A stretch of DNA of 27,615 nucleotides from a bacterium (GCA_965249485.1 CBDFMG010000003.1:1-27615); one strand, 5' to 3'; shown: positions 8,635 through 18,028, numbered from the stretch's first letter. The notes: generated by a model not told the origin, from the sequence alone. A program made the numbers and translations.

Positions 8635-9618
8635 TTATGATTTTATGGCGACCAAAACCGGATGTTGCACTCGGAGCTCTATGGTTTGTCGGCGTTGTTT
8701 TCTAATATTCTTTCTTGCTGATTCAACCACGCTTTTTGTTAAGTCAACTGCTATAACACCAGTATGATCAATCAATTCATCTTCTGCATGTTCTGATACT
8801 TCCTGGTAGATCGTACCCTCAATAGCTTCTGGACCTACATACATTCCAACTTCATAGTCGGTATCATGAATTTCATAGCTACCTTTTAGACCACCTATCA
8901 CTGAAACCTTGAATTTCACACGTTCACCTATAGAGGTGACAAAAGCATCAAAGATTTCATTCTTCTGAATTTTCAGACCATCTAATTCGAAGGGCTCCAA
9001 TATTCTAAATTCAACACGAGTACCTTTCTTAACGGCTTTATTTCCATCCATCAATGAGGCCTTGACATATATTACAGTTTCTTTCTTTGCTGATGGTTTA
9101 CTGTTAGATTCGATAACTATTGATGGATCGTTGAGTGGTTCATTGCTGCTACCAAACGAATCTCCAAAGGGATCCCCCAATGCCGGCCTGATTTCCTGAA
9201 CGGGCTGCGCTTTAACCACTGTCCCTACTGTCCTGGGCTTTGTCACCGGAGTTTTCTTTGTTTCTCTAAAAACTACGACTTCTTTTTCTGGTTTCTTATC
9301 TTCTACAAACTTTTGTTCCGATTGAGTATTTTCACCCTCAGGGGCTTTAAATAAAGCATCAAAATCAAGCATCTTATTATCTGTCGCTTTGACAAACTGT
9401 TTTTCCTCAGCTTCTTGGCGTTTTTTAATTTCTTCCTGTTTCTCAAGTTTGGCAATCAACTCAGAATTGGTATATGACTGAGGTTTTTCAACTTCATTTA
9501 ATTCAATTGGAATCTCAATGCGCTCTGTTGACCCGGGGTCATAAAATGATAAGAAGCCATAACTGCCAGTAAAAACAACCACCAAAAACGAGAATGCTAT
9601 TTTCTTTGGTAAACTCAT
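8635..9618 (-). CDS. traM: Conjugative transfer protein TraM (VirB10-like)
   Basis: N-terminal anchor, charged linker, C-terminal 'VKKGTRVEFRILE...GERVKFKV...IHDTDYEVGMYV' domain. Confidence 0.8.
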   Translation of the reverse strand: MSLPKKIAFSFLVVVFTGSYGFLSFYDPGSTERIEIPIELNEVEKPQSYTNSELIAKLEKQEEIKKRQEAEEKQFVKATDNKMLDFDALFKAPEGENTQSEQKFVEDKKPEKEVVVFRETKKTPVTKPRTVGTVVKAQPVQEIRPALGDPFGDSFGSSNEPLNDPSIVIESNSKPSAKKETVIYVKASLMDGNKAVKKGTRVEFRILEPFELDGLKIQKNEIFDAFVTSIGERVKFKVSVIGGLKGSYEIHDTDYEVGMYVGPEAIEGTIYQEVSEHAEDELIDHTGVIAVDLTKSVVESARKNIRKQRRQTIELRVQHPVLVAIKS

Positions 9619-10472
9619 AAATCCCCTATTGGTTTGGCTTTGAAAATTGCTTTATTCGGTACTTTAATAGACAATTCCCGACGACCCTTCTCCTCCAGGG
9701 CCGAAATCATAATATGCGACTTCCCGGTTCCAGAATAAACAGCAGTGGTAACAATCATTTGCTTTCTATCACCCGGCTCAACCCTGGGTAATTCCTGTGG
9801 GAAGTAATCTATAATATCCATACGTTTCTTTTCTTCTGTAGAACCGGAATTGACTTTTTTGTTATCTACAAATTTGATTTGAAGATAATCCAATACATAG
9901 GTCAACGCCACACCCTTATTCTGAAACTGGAATTTGAAATACAACTTTTCCTGATCGGTATAAATCCCCAATAATTGGAAAGTCACAGTTGTTCTAAAAT
10001 CAACATAGTCATAAAATTGTTGCTTATCAACATTGATGAATTCCAGCTTTCGGGCTAAGTCCTGGTCAATTACTTTTGGTTTACTTTCAACAATTACATC
10101 GTCTACATGTTCTGTAATTTCTGACTGAGCTTCCCTGCTGCTCTGAACAGTATTACCAAAAGTTCCCATAGAACGATAATCATAGATCACACGCTCTATG
10201 GAATCTTTATACATCAGTAAATACACACGATCGGATACATTTTCTTGCTGAACAATCAAATAACTCTGAAATGTATCTGGCTTTGTAGCCACTAATTCTA
10301 AAGTGCTTTTTCCTGGCCGTGCTTTATAATCCTTTGTTCCAATTGAGCCCTGTATCTTTCCTTCCCAAATGGCCAATACAGGAACAGTCATATTGACATA
10401 GATTGTATCCTCTTGTGCCATGAGACAAAATGAATTCAAAAGAAACGTTATGCTGATTATATGTTCTGACAT
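9615..10472 (-). CDS. traN: Conjugative transfer protein TraN (VirB9-like)
   Basis: Signal peptide; C-terminal 'LLGIYTDQEKLYFKF...N...YVLDYLQ...LEEKGRREL' typical of TraN/DUF4138. ATG at 10472 is preferred. Confidence 0.8.
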   Translation of the reverse strand: MSEHIISITFLLNSFCLMAQEDTIYVNMTVPVLAIWEGKIQGSIGTKDYKARPGKSTLELVATKPDTFQSYLIVQQENVSDRVYLLMYKDSIERVIYDYRSMGTFGNTVQSSREAQSEITEHVDDVIVESKPKVIDQDLARKLEFINVDKQQFYDYVDFRTTVTFQLLGIYTDQEKLYFKFQFQNKGVALTYVLDYLQIKFVDNKKVNSGSTEEKKRMDIIDYFPQELPRVEPGDRKQMIVTTAVYSGTGKSHIMISALEEKGRRELSIKVPNKAIFKAKPIGDL

Positions 10473-10474
10473 CT

Positions 10475-11071
10475 TCACTCTACCCTGATATTTTTCCAAT
10501 TCCTTACTTCCAACCCATGTATATTTTCATCGGTACGTTTGTCTTTTTTATAAACATCAAAGGTGTTGACAAATGGTAAACTTGATTTCCCGGTGCTGTT
10601 GTAGATGTACTGAGTACAATAAGCCTTTACTCGATAAGGATAACCATCCATGTTAATGTCAGCACTATCTAATACCGTTGCGATACTGCTATTGGTTTGT
10701 ACCAAACGATTATAAAGGCTCTGATCCTGGAACCGATTTTGAATTGACTTAGCTGTTTCAATATCTGTTAGATTATTTTGAGTAAACTCAATGTTGCTGG
10801 CATAATTATCTAGGCCAAAAGAAAACTGATATGAATAAAACAACTTCGAATGAGAGCGTATTTCAACCTCATCCACCTGGTAATCATCCATCCGGGTTCC
10901 TTTATATACTCTTTCCCCTGTGCGGAAATAGATTGTTTCAGTTAACCTGTCTGTCAACTTGTTATACATGACAGCAGTACCCAAAAAACCCGCTCCTAAC
11001 AAAATAATGGTCATATAGAGCAGCGTTGTCAATCGTTTAATGGTTTTACCGGTTATTTGAGAACTCTTCAT
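10475..11071 (-). CDS. traK: Conjugative transfer protein TraK (VirB8-like)
   Basis: Single TM segment; 'HSKLFYSYQFS', 'YNRLVQTN', 'YPYRV', 'RTDENIHGL'. Confidence 0.85.
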   Translation of the reverse strand: MKSSQITGKTIKRLTTLLYMTIILLGAGFLGTAVMYNKLTDRLTETIYFRTGERVYKGTRMDDYQVDEVEIRSHSKLFYSYQFSFGLDNYASNIEFTQNNLTDIETAKSIQNRFQDQSLYNRLVQTNSSIATVLDSADINMDGYPYRVKAYCTQYIYNSTGKSSLPFVNTFDVYKKDKRTDENIHGLEVRNWKNIRVE

Positions 11072-11085
11072 AAATTCACTTTCAC

Positions 11086-12144
11086 TTAATTATCTGCCAG
11101 GTTTCTTAAACTACTTGTAAAAACCCGGCCAACCCCCTGCCCTAATTGATTGCCTAAATTGAGCATGTTTGAAGATGTGACCCCCTGTGATCTTGCCAGG
11201 CCACCGACTTGAGCGAGACCACCAGCCAGGGTTTTTCCTCCTGATACTGCCATAGAGGTTCCAGCTGTGGCCAAACCAACCACTTTTGTAAGGAATTCAG
11301 CACCCCCACCTTTCTCCATGTAAATCGCTGTCAGAAATGGAACCATGATAAACATCAAAACGTAGGTGACACAATTGGCGATGTAATTGATCATGTACGA
11401 AAATCCACGAAAATCTGTAATATTACCGGCGGCTAAGGCTTGTTCCAGGCGATGAATTTCAGAGATGATTGAAGCATCATAAAAAATTTTCAATATCACT
11501 AATGTCAAGCTCCATAGCTGAACACCTAGGAAGTATCCAAACCATTTACCAAATGACTTCTCATAACCCGGAAAATATGAAAACATCAAGGCTATAACAC
11601 CTGTAGCCATAATGAAACCCAGTATCGCTTCCTGGATTTTAACAATGACCAACTTGATGACAAAAAACAAACCTTCAACCAACATATCAAATACAAAAAT
11701 GATGGCGCTTTGCGCTTCTTCAATTGCCCAGGAGTTGTCACCGCTACGACGTTGAGCTTCCCTTTGATCTTCGCGGTATTGAATCATTAAATTTTGGTAT
11801 TTTTCCCAAGCCATAATGACTTTACCATTTTCATCAACAAATTCAAGCTCTGCTTTCTTGGCCTGATACTCTTCCTCGAAAAATTTTGGTGTGTAGTACA
11901 AAAATTCACCCACAAAATCTGTCCAGTAAGTAAAAGAGAAGATCAAAACACCATACAGCGCGGGCTTCAAAAATTCTTTGACTATTGCCCCCACACTTAG
12001 TGTCTTATCACCAATCCACTTGTAAATTGCCCTGACGGCCGAAATGGTCAACAATGCCAAAATGGCGATTCTGGCAAATTGCAATACAATTTCCAATAAG
12101 AACTGTAAACCGTCCCAGGAACCACCTGTAAAATATAATTCCAT
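11086..12144 (-). CDS. traJ: Polytopic membrane conjugation protein TraJ (VirB6-like)
   Basis: Multiple TM helices, 'MFSYFPGYEKSFGKWFGYFLGVQLW', 'IMVPFLT', Gly/Ala-rich tail; between traG and traK. ATG at 12144 is preferred. Confidence 0.8.
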   Translation of the reverse strand: MELYFTGGSWDGLQFLLEIVLQFARIAILALLTISAVRAIYKWIGDKTLSVGAIVKEFLKPALYGVLIFSFTYWTDFVGEFLYYTPKFFEEEYQAKKAELEFVDENGKVIMAWEKYQNLMIQYREDQREAQRRSGDNSWAIEEAQSAIIFVFDMLVEGLFFVIKLVIVKIQEAILGFIMATGVIALMFSYFPGYEKSFGKWFGYFLGVQLWSLTLVILKIFYDASIISEIHRLEQALAAGNITDFRGFSYMINYIANCVTYVLMFIMVPFLTAIYMEKGGGAEFLTKVVGLATAGTSMAVSGGKTLAGGLAQVGGLARSQGVTSSNMLNLGNQLGQGVGRVFTSSLRNLADN

Positions 12145-12148
12145 ATTA

Positions 12149-14623
12149 TTAATTGTTTGAATGCTGATTTTCCATGTACTCCTTAATCGCAATTCTTGGA
12201 TTTCGGTGCAGCTTAATAAGCTTGTCCATGGTTTCCCTGTCCCCTGCCTCTGAAGAAAAAGCAATCCTCAATTTTTCGGGTACTTCCAAAGCAAACACGC
12301 CTACCCTGCCTTTGTAGTTGTACCAGAATTCACGGTGATTCGGATTTGGTTTTTTATTCAAAGACTTCAACATATTGAATTGCTGATCGGTCAATTCCAA
12401 TCCCTGTTTGACTTTCGGTAACGATTTGGTTGCCTGGCTGTGATCCAATAAAAACTTTTTGGTCGAGTTGTCAATGATCACCTGTCCTGTCTTATGTTCT
12501 GTCAAGTCGGTAATCAACTGTACAATCGTTCCTACATCTCCATTTTCCTTTCTAATCTCACGGAATTTGGTTCGCATGAATTTACCAATGTCCTGACCTA
12601 ATACCTCGCTGGCCTCGTCCATCATCACATGCTTTCTAATGTGTCTGCGGCCCTTCAATTTCTCGGTAACCACATTCATAATTGCCACAGTCATCAAGCT
12701 GAACAACAAAGGATCACTCGAGAGGTTGGCCACATCAAAAACAATCAATTGTTCTTCTGCCAAGGTGGTGGACTCAGTTGAATTGAATAACATGGCATAT
12801 TGACCCTTGGATTTACTTCTAAACGGAGCCAGGTTCAATAACAATTCTTCTTTCTTAAAGTATTCTTCCTTGCGTAAATCGACATCATCCAAATCCAATT
12901 CTTCGTTGATTTGCCCATAAGTCAGGTCCTTCAAAAACTCGATAAACGTATCCATTCCAGGCGTAATGTCCTGGTTATTCATCTTTTCATAGAAAAGGAA
13001 TAAAATAGTATCCAACACCGTATTTTCATTGTTACTGAGCCCACCACCTTGATCAAAACGCCAAATGATTTTCAAAAGACTTTTAATTCCAATCAGGTTG
13101 TCTGTGCTTAAAACATACTTCCCATTGCGATCTTTTGAAATAATAAAAGGATTCATCTTAATTTCACTCAGGTCGTTGAAATCATAATACTTACCTCCAA
13201 AGATGTTGCACATTCCTATGTAACTACCACCTTTGTCAATCATGATGACCTCGTGCATCTTTTCCAGGAAATAGGTAATAATCACGTTGATCAAGAAACT
13301 CTTACCACCACCGGTCGGCCCAACCACAACCCAATTCTGTGCTTCTTTCGGATCATCACCTTCAACATTGATATACAGAGGTCTTCCTAGCCTGTCTTTG
13401 ACCAAAAAACCCGGGGTACCTTCCTGGTACTGTCCTAAAGAAAAATAACAACCGACATGGCTGGCCGGATAAAGCTCTACACGATAATTCTGATGTGCAT
13501 TACCCGGAGCGTTACCCCAAAACATATTCGCTAAATCTTCAATACCTTCATCGGTCTTAAAACTGGTATATATTTTTTCAAAACCATTTCGTACCTGGTT
13601 TCTTAAATATCCCAACTTATCAATGTCATTGGTATAATAGATCACATTGAATCCGTAATACAATAAGAGATCGTTGCTGATTTCAATATCATTCAAAAAC
13701 TCTCCCAGGCCTGCGCCGATCATTTTTGTTTCTTTATTACCGGTCGCAAACGAGTTCATGTTCCTTTGCAATTGGTTTTTGATTTGGTCCTGCTTGGGAA
13801 TCCTGATTACCTGGTTCACTACGTGTTCAAATGGCAATCCATGTAATACAGGATCCAGAAAGCTTACAGCCACCGCATATTCATTTTCCAAGGAAGATGA
13901 AATCTTCTGATTCGGTCCATCAAATGAACTGATCCCTACAACCTTATCTGCTGCGATGAAATTACTGCCTCTACTGTAAAATCCACCTTTCAATTCTTTT
14001 TTCTCTCCATTGAAATCCAGGTTGAAATAATTGTAGAAATTCTGTTCAATCTCATCATCACCGAGCGATTTAAACTTTACCCCATGACCTTCCATCGACG
14101 AAATCAAAGCCGAGACTTGCTGATCAAATGTTGATAATACTGATGAAAGATTGTCAAAAGGGTTTGATCCAACACCATTGGTAAAAGTTGTATTCAGTGC
14201 ATTTGGATTTTTGTTAACTAATGCCGAATTAGCCGGTAGGCCCACGTATAAGTAACTTACCTGATCCAGCACCGGGCTTCCAAATAAATGATCACGTTTG
14301 ATTTTTTCGAAAAAACCGTCGGTTTCCAATTCATCCTTTTTAAAGACTTCCCAGAATATGTCTTGTTTATGAAGAACCAACCCTTTGGGTAAATCCTTCA
14401 ATATCCCTGCAAAGCTTCGGGCAGCGCCTTCAAATGCTGCTTCATCTCTGGAATCCAAAAACGGCTGTTGCATTTCCCAGGCACGATAGACCATTCCATC
14501 TACCGATATTATAAAACCTTCGTCGATTTCTTCAACCGGATTATAGCCTTCAAAGCTTTCCCGATCTATAGATACCTTTGATCCGCCCTTTTTTTCTAAA
14601 ATCGATCTTAACTTTCCGTACAT
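12149..14623 (-). CDS. traG: Conjugative ATPase TraG (VirB4 family)
   Basis: 'LHKQDIF', Walker A 'GPTGGGKS', 'IDKGGSY', Walker B 'MMDEA', 'IRKENG'. Confidence 0.93.
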   Translation of the reverse strand: MYGKLRSILEKKGGSKVSIDRESFEGYNPVEEIDEGFIISVDGMVYRAWEMQQPFLDSRDEAAFEGAARSFAGILKDLPKGLVLHKQDIFWEVFKKDELETDGFFEKIKRDHLFGSPVLDQVSYLYVGLPANSALVNKNPNALNTTFTNGVGSNPFDNLSSVLSTFDQQVSALISSMEGHGVKFKSLGDDEIEQNFYNYFNLDFNGEKKELKGGFYSRGSNFIAADKVVGISSFDGPNQKISSSLENEYAVAVSFLDPVLHGLPFEHVVNQVIRIPKQDQIKNQLQRNMNSFATGNKETKMIGAGLGEFLNDIEISNDLLLYYGFNVIYYTNDIDKLGYLRNQVRNGFEKIYTSFKTDEGIEDLANMFWGNAPGNAHQNYRVELYPASHVGCYFSLGQYQEGTPGFLVKDRLGRPLYINVEGDDPKEAQNWVVVGPTGGGKSFLINVIITYFLEKMHEVIMIDKGGSYIGMCNIFGGKYYDFNDLSEIKMNPFIISKDRNGKYVLSTDNLIGIKSLLKIIWRFDQGGGLSNNENTVLDTILFLFYEKMNNQDITPGMDTFIEFLKDLTYGQINEELDLDDVDLRKEEYFKKEELLLNLAPFRSKSKGQYAMLFNSTESTTLAEEQLIVFDVANLSSDPLLFSLMTVAIMNVVTEKLKGRRHIRKHVMMDEASEVLGQDIGKFMRTKFREIRKENGDVGTIVQLITDLTEHKTGQVIIDNSTKKFLLDHSQATKSLPKVKQGLELTDQQFNMLKSLNKKPNPNHREFWYNYKGRVGVFALEVPEKLRIAFSSEAGDRETMDKLIKLHRNPRIAIKEYMENQHSNN

Positions 14624-14909
14624 GAAGTGATTTCCTTTGTAAGAAATGATAACTAATAAACGACCATATAAAACCTTGTCTTTCTTCTTTGTGGAAGTAC
14701 TTCAAAAGCCCATAGATAAAACAGGTTGCTGGCAGCAGCACTATTATCGGGTAAAACAAGATTTTTGTGTCAAAGGCTAGTCCAAAGAATCCGAGGAACA
14801 ACGGGAGCAATCCCATTCCCATCAAGATGAAAAATTCTTCCTCAAATACTCCGTACAGCATGGGCTTCCTGCGTACCAAGTTGCTACTTTGTGTATCGTA
14901 GCTGATCAT
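14550..14909 (-). CDS. traF: TraF-like small membrane protein (VirB3-like)
   Basis: Two TM helices after 'RKPMLYGV'; directly upstream of and overlapping traG. Confidence 0.6.
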   Translation of the reverse strand: MISYDTQSSNLVRRKPMLYGVFEEEFFILMGMGLLPLFLGFFGLAFDTKILFYPIIVLLPATCFIYGLLKYFHKEERQGFIWSFISYHFLQRKSLHVRKVKIDFRKKGRIKGIYRSGKL

Positions 14910-14921
14910 GCCTGCTGTGAG

Positions 14922-15185
14922 CTAGTCGATATCAGGGAAATCAATACCGAAAATTTCCAATACATCTTTTAAGAAGAAGATGATACCAAAAGAAAACGCC
15001 ATGGCAATGAAAAATGCTTGCATCGCCTTTTTCCCTTCTGATTGGTCTTCCTTGAATTTTCCAGCAATCTCAAATGCCCACCAAACAAAAAAGGCAATGG
15101 CCATAAAAATGATGATTCCATAAATGTAATTCCAAAATTCAATCAGGTTGGTTTTGAATTGAAGCAATAAGAATTGCAGAGTCAT
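14922..15185 (-). CDS. traE: TraE-like pilin (VirB2-like)
   Basis: 87 aa, two hydrophobic helices separated by 'KFKEDQSEGKK'; canonical position before traF-traG. Confidence 0.65.
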   Translation of the reverse strand: MTLQFLLLQFKTNLIEFWNYIYGIIIFMAIAFFVWWAFEIAGKFKEDQSEGKKAMQAFFIAMAFSFGIIFFLKDVLEIFGIDFPDID

Positions 15186-15208
15186 TTTTATTAATTTTTT
15201 ATTAAAAA

Positions 15209-15628
15209 TTATTGTTTACTTTTTTGATTTATCTCCTGGTCAAGTCGCTTGAATTTATCCAACAACTTCTTGCCTTTCTTTAGCTTTTGGTGTGGCTTTT
15301 CTTCTGATTTGACTTTCTTCTGTTCCGTCTTCAAAGTTTGAACCTGGTCAGAAAGGTTACTAACTTGTGCCATCTCTTCCTGAGTCAATTTATTTTGTTC
15401 ATTTTTTTCAATAATTTTGTTTTTATCGCTGATCGCCACAACACTTTCATTTTCTTTTGATTGACTGTAATCCCTAACCGGGTTGATTTGTTTTTTCGCC
15501 TCCTTTTTAGAGTGTTTTATTTTATCACTATTCTTAAGAGTCACATTAATTTTAGTACTATTTAAAAGTTCATTTTTCCATAAACCAACTAAAACAGCAA
15601 GTGTGCCAAGAACTATCACAAATTCCAT
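15209..15628 (-). CDS. Hypothetical membrane-anchored Lys/Glu-rich protein, first gene of the tra operon
   Basis: N-terminal hydrophobic segment followed by charged coiled-coil; co-oriented and closely spaced with traE. Confidence 0.65.
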   Translation of the reverse strand: MEFVIVLGTLAVLVGLWKNELLNSTKINVTLKNSDKIKHSKKEAKKQINPVRDYSQSKENESVVAISDKNKIIEKNEQNKLTQEEMAQVSNLSDQVQTLKTEQKKVKSEEKPHQKLKKGKKLLDKFKRLDQEINQKSKQ

Positions 15629-15653
15629 ATCGATTCTAATTACTTGTGTGAAC

Positions 15654-15661
15654 CAAATTTA
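15654..15661 (-). promoter_or_regulatory. Candidate Bacteroidota -7 promoter element (TAAATTTG) for the tra operon
   Basis: Matches TAnnTTTG 25 nt upstream of the ATG at 15628; no well-spaced -33 element seen. Confidence 0.35.
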
Positions 15662-15701
15662 TTAACTTTTTTCACCAAATTATATTAATTCTGCATTAAA
15701 A

Positions 15702-16007
15702 ATGAGTGAAAGTCCCTTATTCAACACCCAGGAAGGCATAAATGAGAAAACATACAGCTTCAATGAAGCTATCGAACTTCTCAAGCGTACTTTCGATGGT
15801 TTCCCCTGGGGATACAGGCAGCAATTCTGTGAAAAAAATAAAATAAACTACAATACCTTGAATGGTATTCTTTCCTATAAGACTACTAATACAAGCAAAA
15901 AAGGGAAAATTTCTTCCAATAAAATTGTTGAAATATTCGAAGCGCTCGGTTATAACTGTCAAAAAAATGTCGATGTCAAATTCCAAATCCGAACTCGAAA
16001 AATTTAA
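15702..16007 (+). CDS. Putative HTH DNA-binding regulator, divergent from the tra operon
   Basis: 'RQQFCEKNKINYNTLNGIL...IVEIFEALG' resembles a Cro/XRE-like HTH. Confidence 0.55.
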   Translation: MSESPLFNTQEGINEKTYSFNEAIELLKRTFDGFPWGYRQQFCEKNKINYNTLNGILSYKTTNTSKKGKISSNKIVEIFEALGYNCQKNVDVKFQIRTRKI

Positions 16008-16047
16008 AGAAGAAATTGACCTGGTTCAACTGGAGGCTACTCACTGA
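15973..16047 (+). pseudogene. Possible truncated N-terminus of a plasmid primase-like gene
   Basis: MSNSKSELEKFKEEIDLVQL resembles primase N-termini; it overlaps the HTH gene end and stops where base composition changes. Confidence 0.3.
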
Positions 16048-16132
16048 AATCTGGATCAGCAAACAAAGACCCTAAACTTGCAAAGCCCCCAGCTCTTTTC
16101 CACCTTTGAGGGGTGAGTTCAACAGCCCAAAG

Positions 16133-16522
16133 ATGAATACCCTTACCATCTCCAAACGGCTCATCAAAGCCGGCATGCAACCTGCCACGGCCGAAGAGCA
16201 GGCCCAGATCCTGGCAGAGATCACCGAACAGCTGGCCACCAGACAGGATATTGAGCAGTTGCAAAAGGCTACCAAAGAGGATATTGAGCAGTTGCAAAAG
16301 GCCACCAGAGAAGATATCCGGCGCCTGGAGCAGCGCTTTGAACAGGTAGACAAACGCTTCGAACAGATGGACAAACGCTTTGAACAGATGGAAGAAATCA
16401 CCAGAGAACGCTTCGGGCAGATGGAGAAGATGATCAGGGACCAGGCCGTAAACACCCGCTGGATGATCGGTGTCATGTTTGTTGCCCTTTCTCTGCTGCT
16501 GGGTGCCCTGAAACTCTTTTGA
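16133..16522 (+). CDS. DUF1640 / CCDC90-like membrane-anchored coiled-coil protein
   Basis: Head 'TLTISKRLIKAGM...AE', repeated 'AT[RK]xDI' neck motifs, heptad repeats 'RFEQ[VM]DK', C-terminal TM 'RWMIGVMFVALSLLLG'; 33-bp and 21-bp DNA tandem repeats. Confidence 0.8.
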   Translation: MNTLTISKRLIKAGMQPATAEEQAQILAEITEQLATRQDIEQLQKATKEDIEQLQKATREDIRRLEQRFEQVDKRFEQMDKRFEQMEEITRERFGQMEKMIRDQAVNTRWMIGVMFVALSLLLGALKLF

Positions 16523-16622
16523 AAATTTCACAAGAGATGTCTTCGAAAAGTACAATTTAAAGGCCCTGAGAATCGTGTATCTGAAGCGAATCCGTCCCTG
16601 CGCCCGAATATCGCAATCTGGA

Positions 16623-16650
16623 GAGTTAGATAAGTTTTATTATGTTAAAT
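16623..16650 (+). other. dif-like XerC/XerD recombination site
   Basis: GAGTTAGATAA-gtttta-TTATGTTAAAT: 11-6-11 layout with a perfect canonical XerD arm; intergenic. Confidence 0.8.
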
Positions 16651-16679
16651 AAGCCAAATCCACACAAACCCTCTCAAGG

Positions 16680-16701
16680 CGCTCTGAGCGAGCATCTCCC
16701 G
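16680..16701 (-). repeat. 22-bp dispersed inverted repeat, copy 2
   Basis: CGCTCTGAGCGAGCATCTCCCG, reverse complement of 131..152. Confidence 0.9.
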
Positions 16702-16731
16702 ATTCCGGGCTAACTACCTCCCCGCAGAGAA

Positions 16732-17352
16732 CTATAATGTTTTTCTGACCACAAAACCAAAGTTACTCAGAATCAAAGCACTTTCCCCTTCCTGCTTGTA
16801 GACCTTGTCATTGAACACCATTTGATGATTATATCTCAGCCCCGCACTGATTTTGTACTTGAGATTGAAAATTATTTCGCCAAATGCATTACCTCCAAAC
16901 TGGATGGATGGATGGTCATGTGAAGGGATAATGTTTTTGATCATTTGTTTCGTAATGGCCACCTCTCCACCTCCATAGAAATAGATTAAATCACTTACCT
17001 GGTACAGTTTATACTTAGCCCCAAGCATCAAAGGAATCCGATCAATCACCACCTCATTCTTCTTACTGATGCTATAACCAATTGAACCCTCCAAATACAC
17101 TTTGGTTGTCTGTAAATATGTAAAATTAGCATTGAGACCGTATCCTAATGATTCTACCGTATAACCAAGTCCAATTTTCTTATCTGCTTTGGAGTTTTCA
17201 CTACGCTCAGACATAGAAGCACCCGTTTTCTCCTGAGAGTTCTTTTTCGAGGATTTAGGTTGAGCCATGACATTAAATGAGCCACAAAGGATAATCAAGA
17301 TCACTACAACATCATATTTCAATATTAAAACTGATTTTAGAAGAATTTTCAA
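16732..17352 (-). CDS. Small outer-membrane beta-barrel protein, TraO-like
   Basis: Signal peptide, about 8 amphipathic beta strands with Gly/aromatic alternation; size and plasmid context fit TraO. Confidence 0.55.
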   Translation of the reverse strand: MKILLKSVLILKYDVVVILIILCGSFNVMAQPKSSKKNSQEKTGASMSERSENSKADKKIGLGYTVESLGYGLNANFTYLQTTKVYLEGSIGYSISKKNEVVIDRIPLMLGAKYKLYQVSDLIYFYGGGEVAITKQMIKNIIPSHDHPSIQFGGNAFGEIIFNLKYKISAGLRYNHQMVFNDKVYKQEGESALILSNFGFVVRKTL

Positions 17353-18022
17353 TATTGTTATCGGTTACAAAAACCGTTACCGGATAGATCCCAGGACCAG
17401 GGAAAGGGTGTCTTAACTCTGATTCTGTCGAGGCCGTCAACTGACCATTGATAACAAAATTATATAACACGATCTGACCACCGAAACGGCTATCCTGATC
17501 ATAAGATGACGATAGATCGATTATTCTGACATCATCACTTAACTCATCGGTCCGTATAATATAAGAAACGATTGGAGCCAGATTTTCAAATACTTCCAAT
17601 TCCAAAGAAGCCGAATTCCTCCTTGAAAAACTGTCAATGATGGTAAAATCAATTGTATATGTCCCGGTGGAAAATATAGCAACTTGCAAAACAATTGAAT
17701 CCTTTTTGGAATCATGCTCAACCAGCTTTACATCAACCAGAATACTGTCAGATTGAACAAGTAAAGAAGGACGGTTTTCAACCGTATCAATGGATATTAA
17801 TTCTATATTACCATTGACATCTTCGATCTTGATCCCCACCGGGTAAAAGAACAATCCCGCGTCTCCACTCAGTTTGATCGAATCAGCAATCATAATTCCA
17901 CTTTCAACGCCCGTATGCAAGAAAATAAAAGGCGACTGGTTCAACCCGTCAATAAACTGATCAGCATTTTGACAAGCGCCTGCGCCTACCAGAAACATAA
18001 TATATACTAAAGTCTTTTTCAT
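17312..18022 (-). CDS. Lipoprotein with Ig-like and PKD-like domains (TraQ-like candidate)
   Basis: Lipobox 'GAGAC'; 'IDLSSSYDQD...IVLYNF...HPFPGPGIYPVTVFVTDN' PKD signature. Confidence 0.65.
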   Translation of the reverse strand: MKKTLVYIMFLVGAGACQNADQFIDGLNQSPFIFLHTGVESGIMIADSIKLSGDAGLFFYPVGIKIEDVNGNIELISIDTVENRPSLLVQSDSILVDVKLVEHDSKKDSIVLQVAIFSTGTYTIDFTIIDSFSRRNSASLELEVFENLAPIVSYIIRTDELSDDVRIIDLSSSYDQDSRFGGQIVLYNFVINGQLTASTESELRHPFPGPGIYPVTVFVTDNNIENSSKISFNIEI

Positions 18023-18028
18023 TTTGAA

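Noticed and set aside
14588..14595. A_AAA_AAG slippery heptamer in the traF/traG overlap
   Set aside because: A -1 shift from the traG frame would only truncate, no stimulatory structure is evident, and A-runs are common here.
16037..16555. Minus-strand ORFs of 172 and 134 aa
   Set aside because: Antisense shadows of the repetitive coiled-coil gene.
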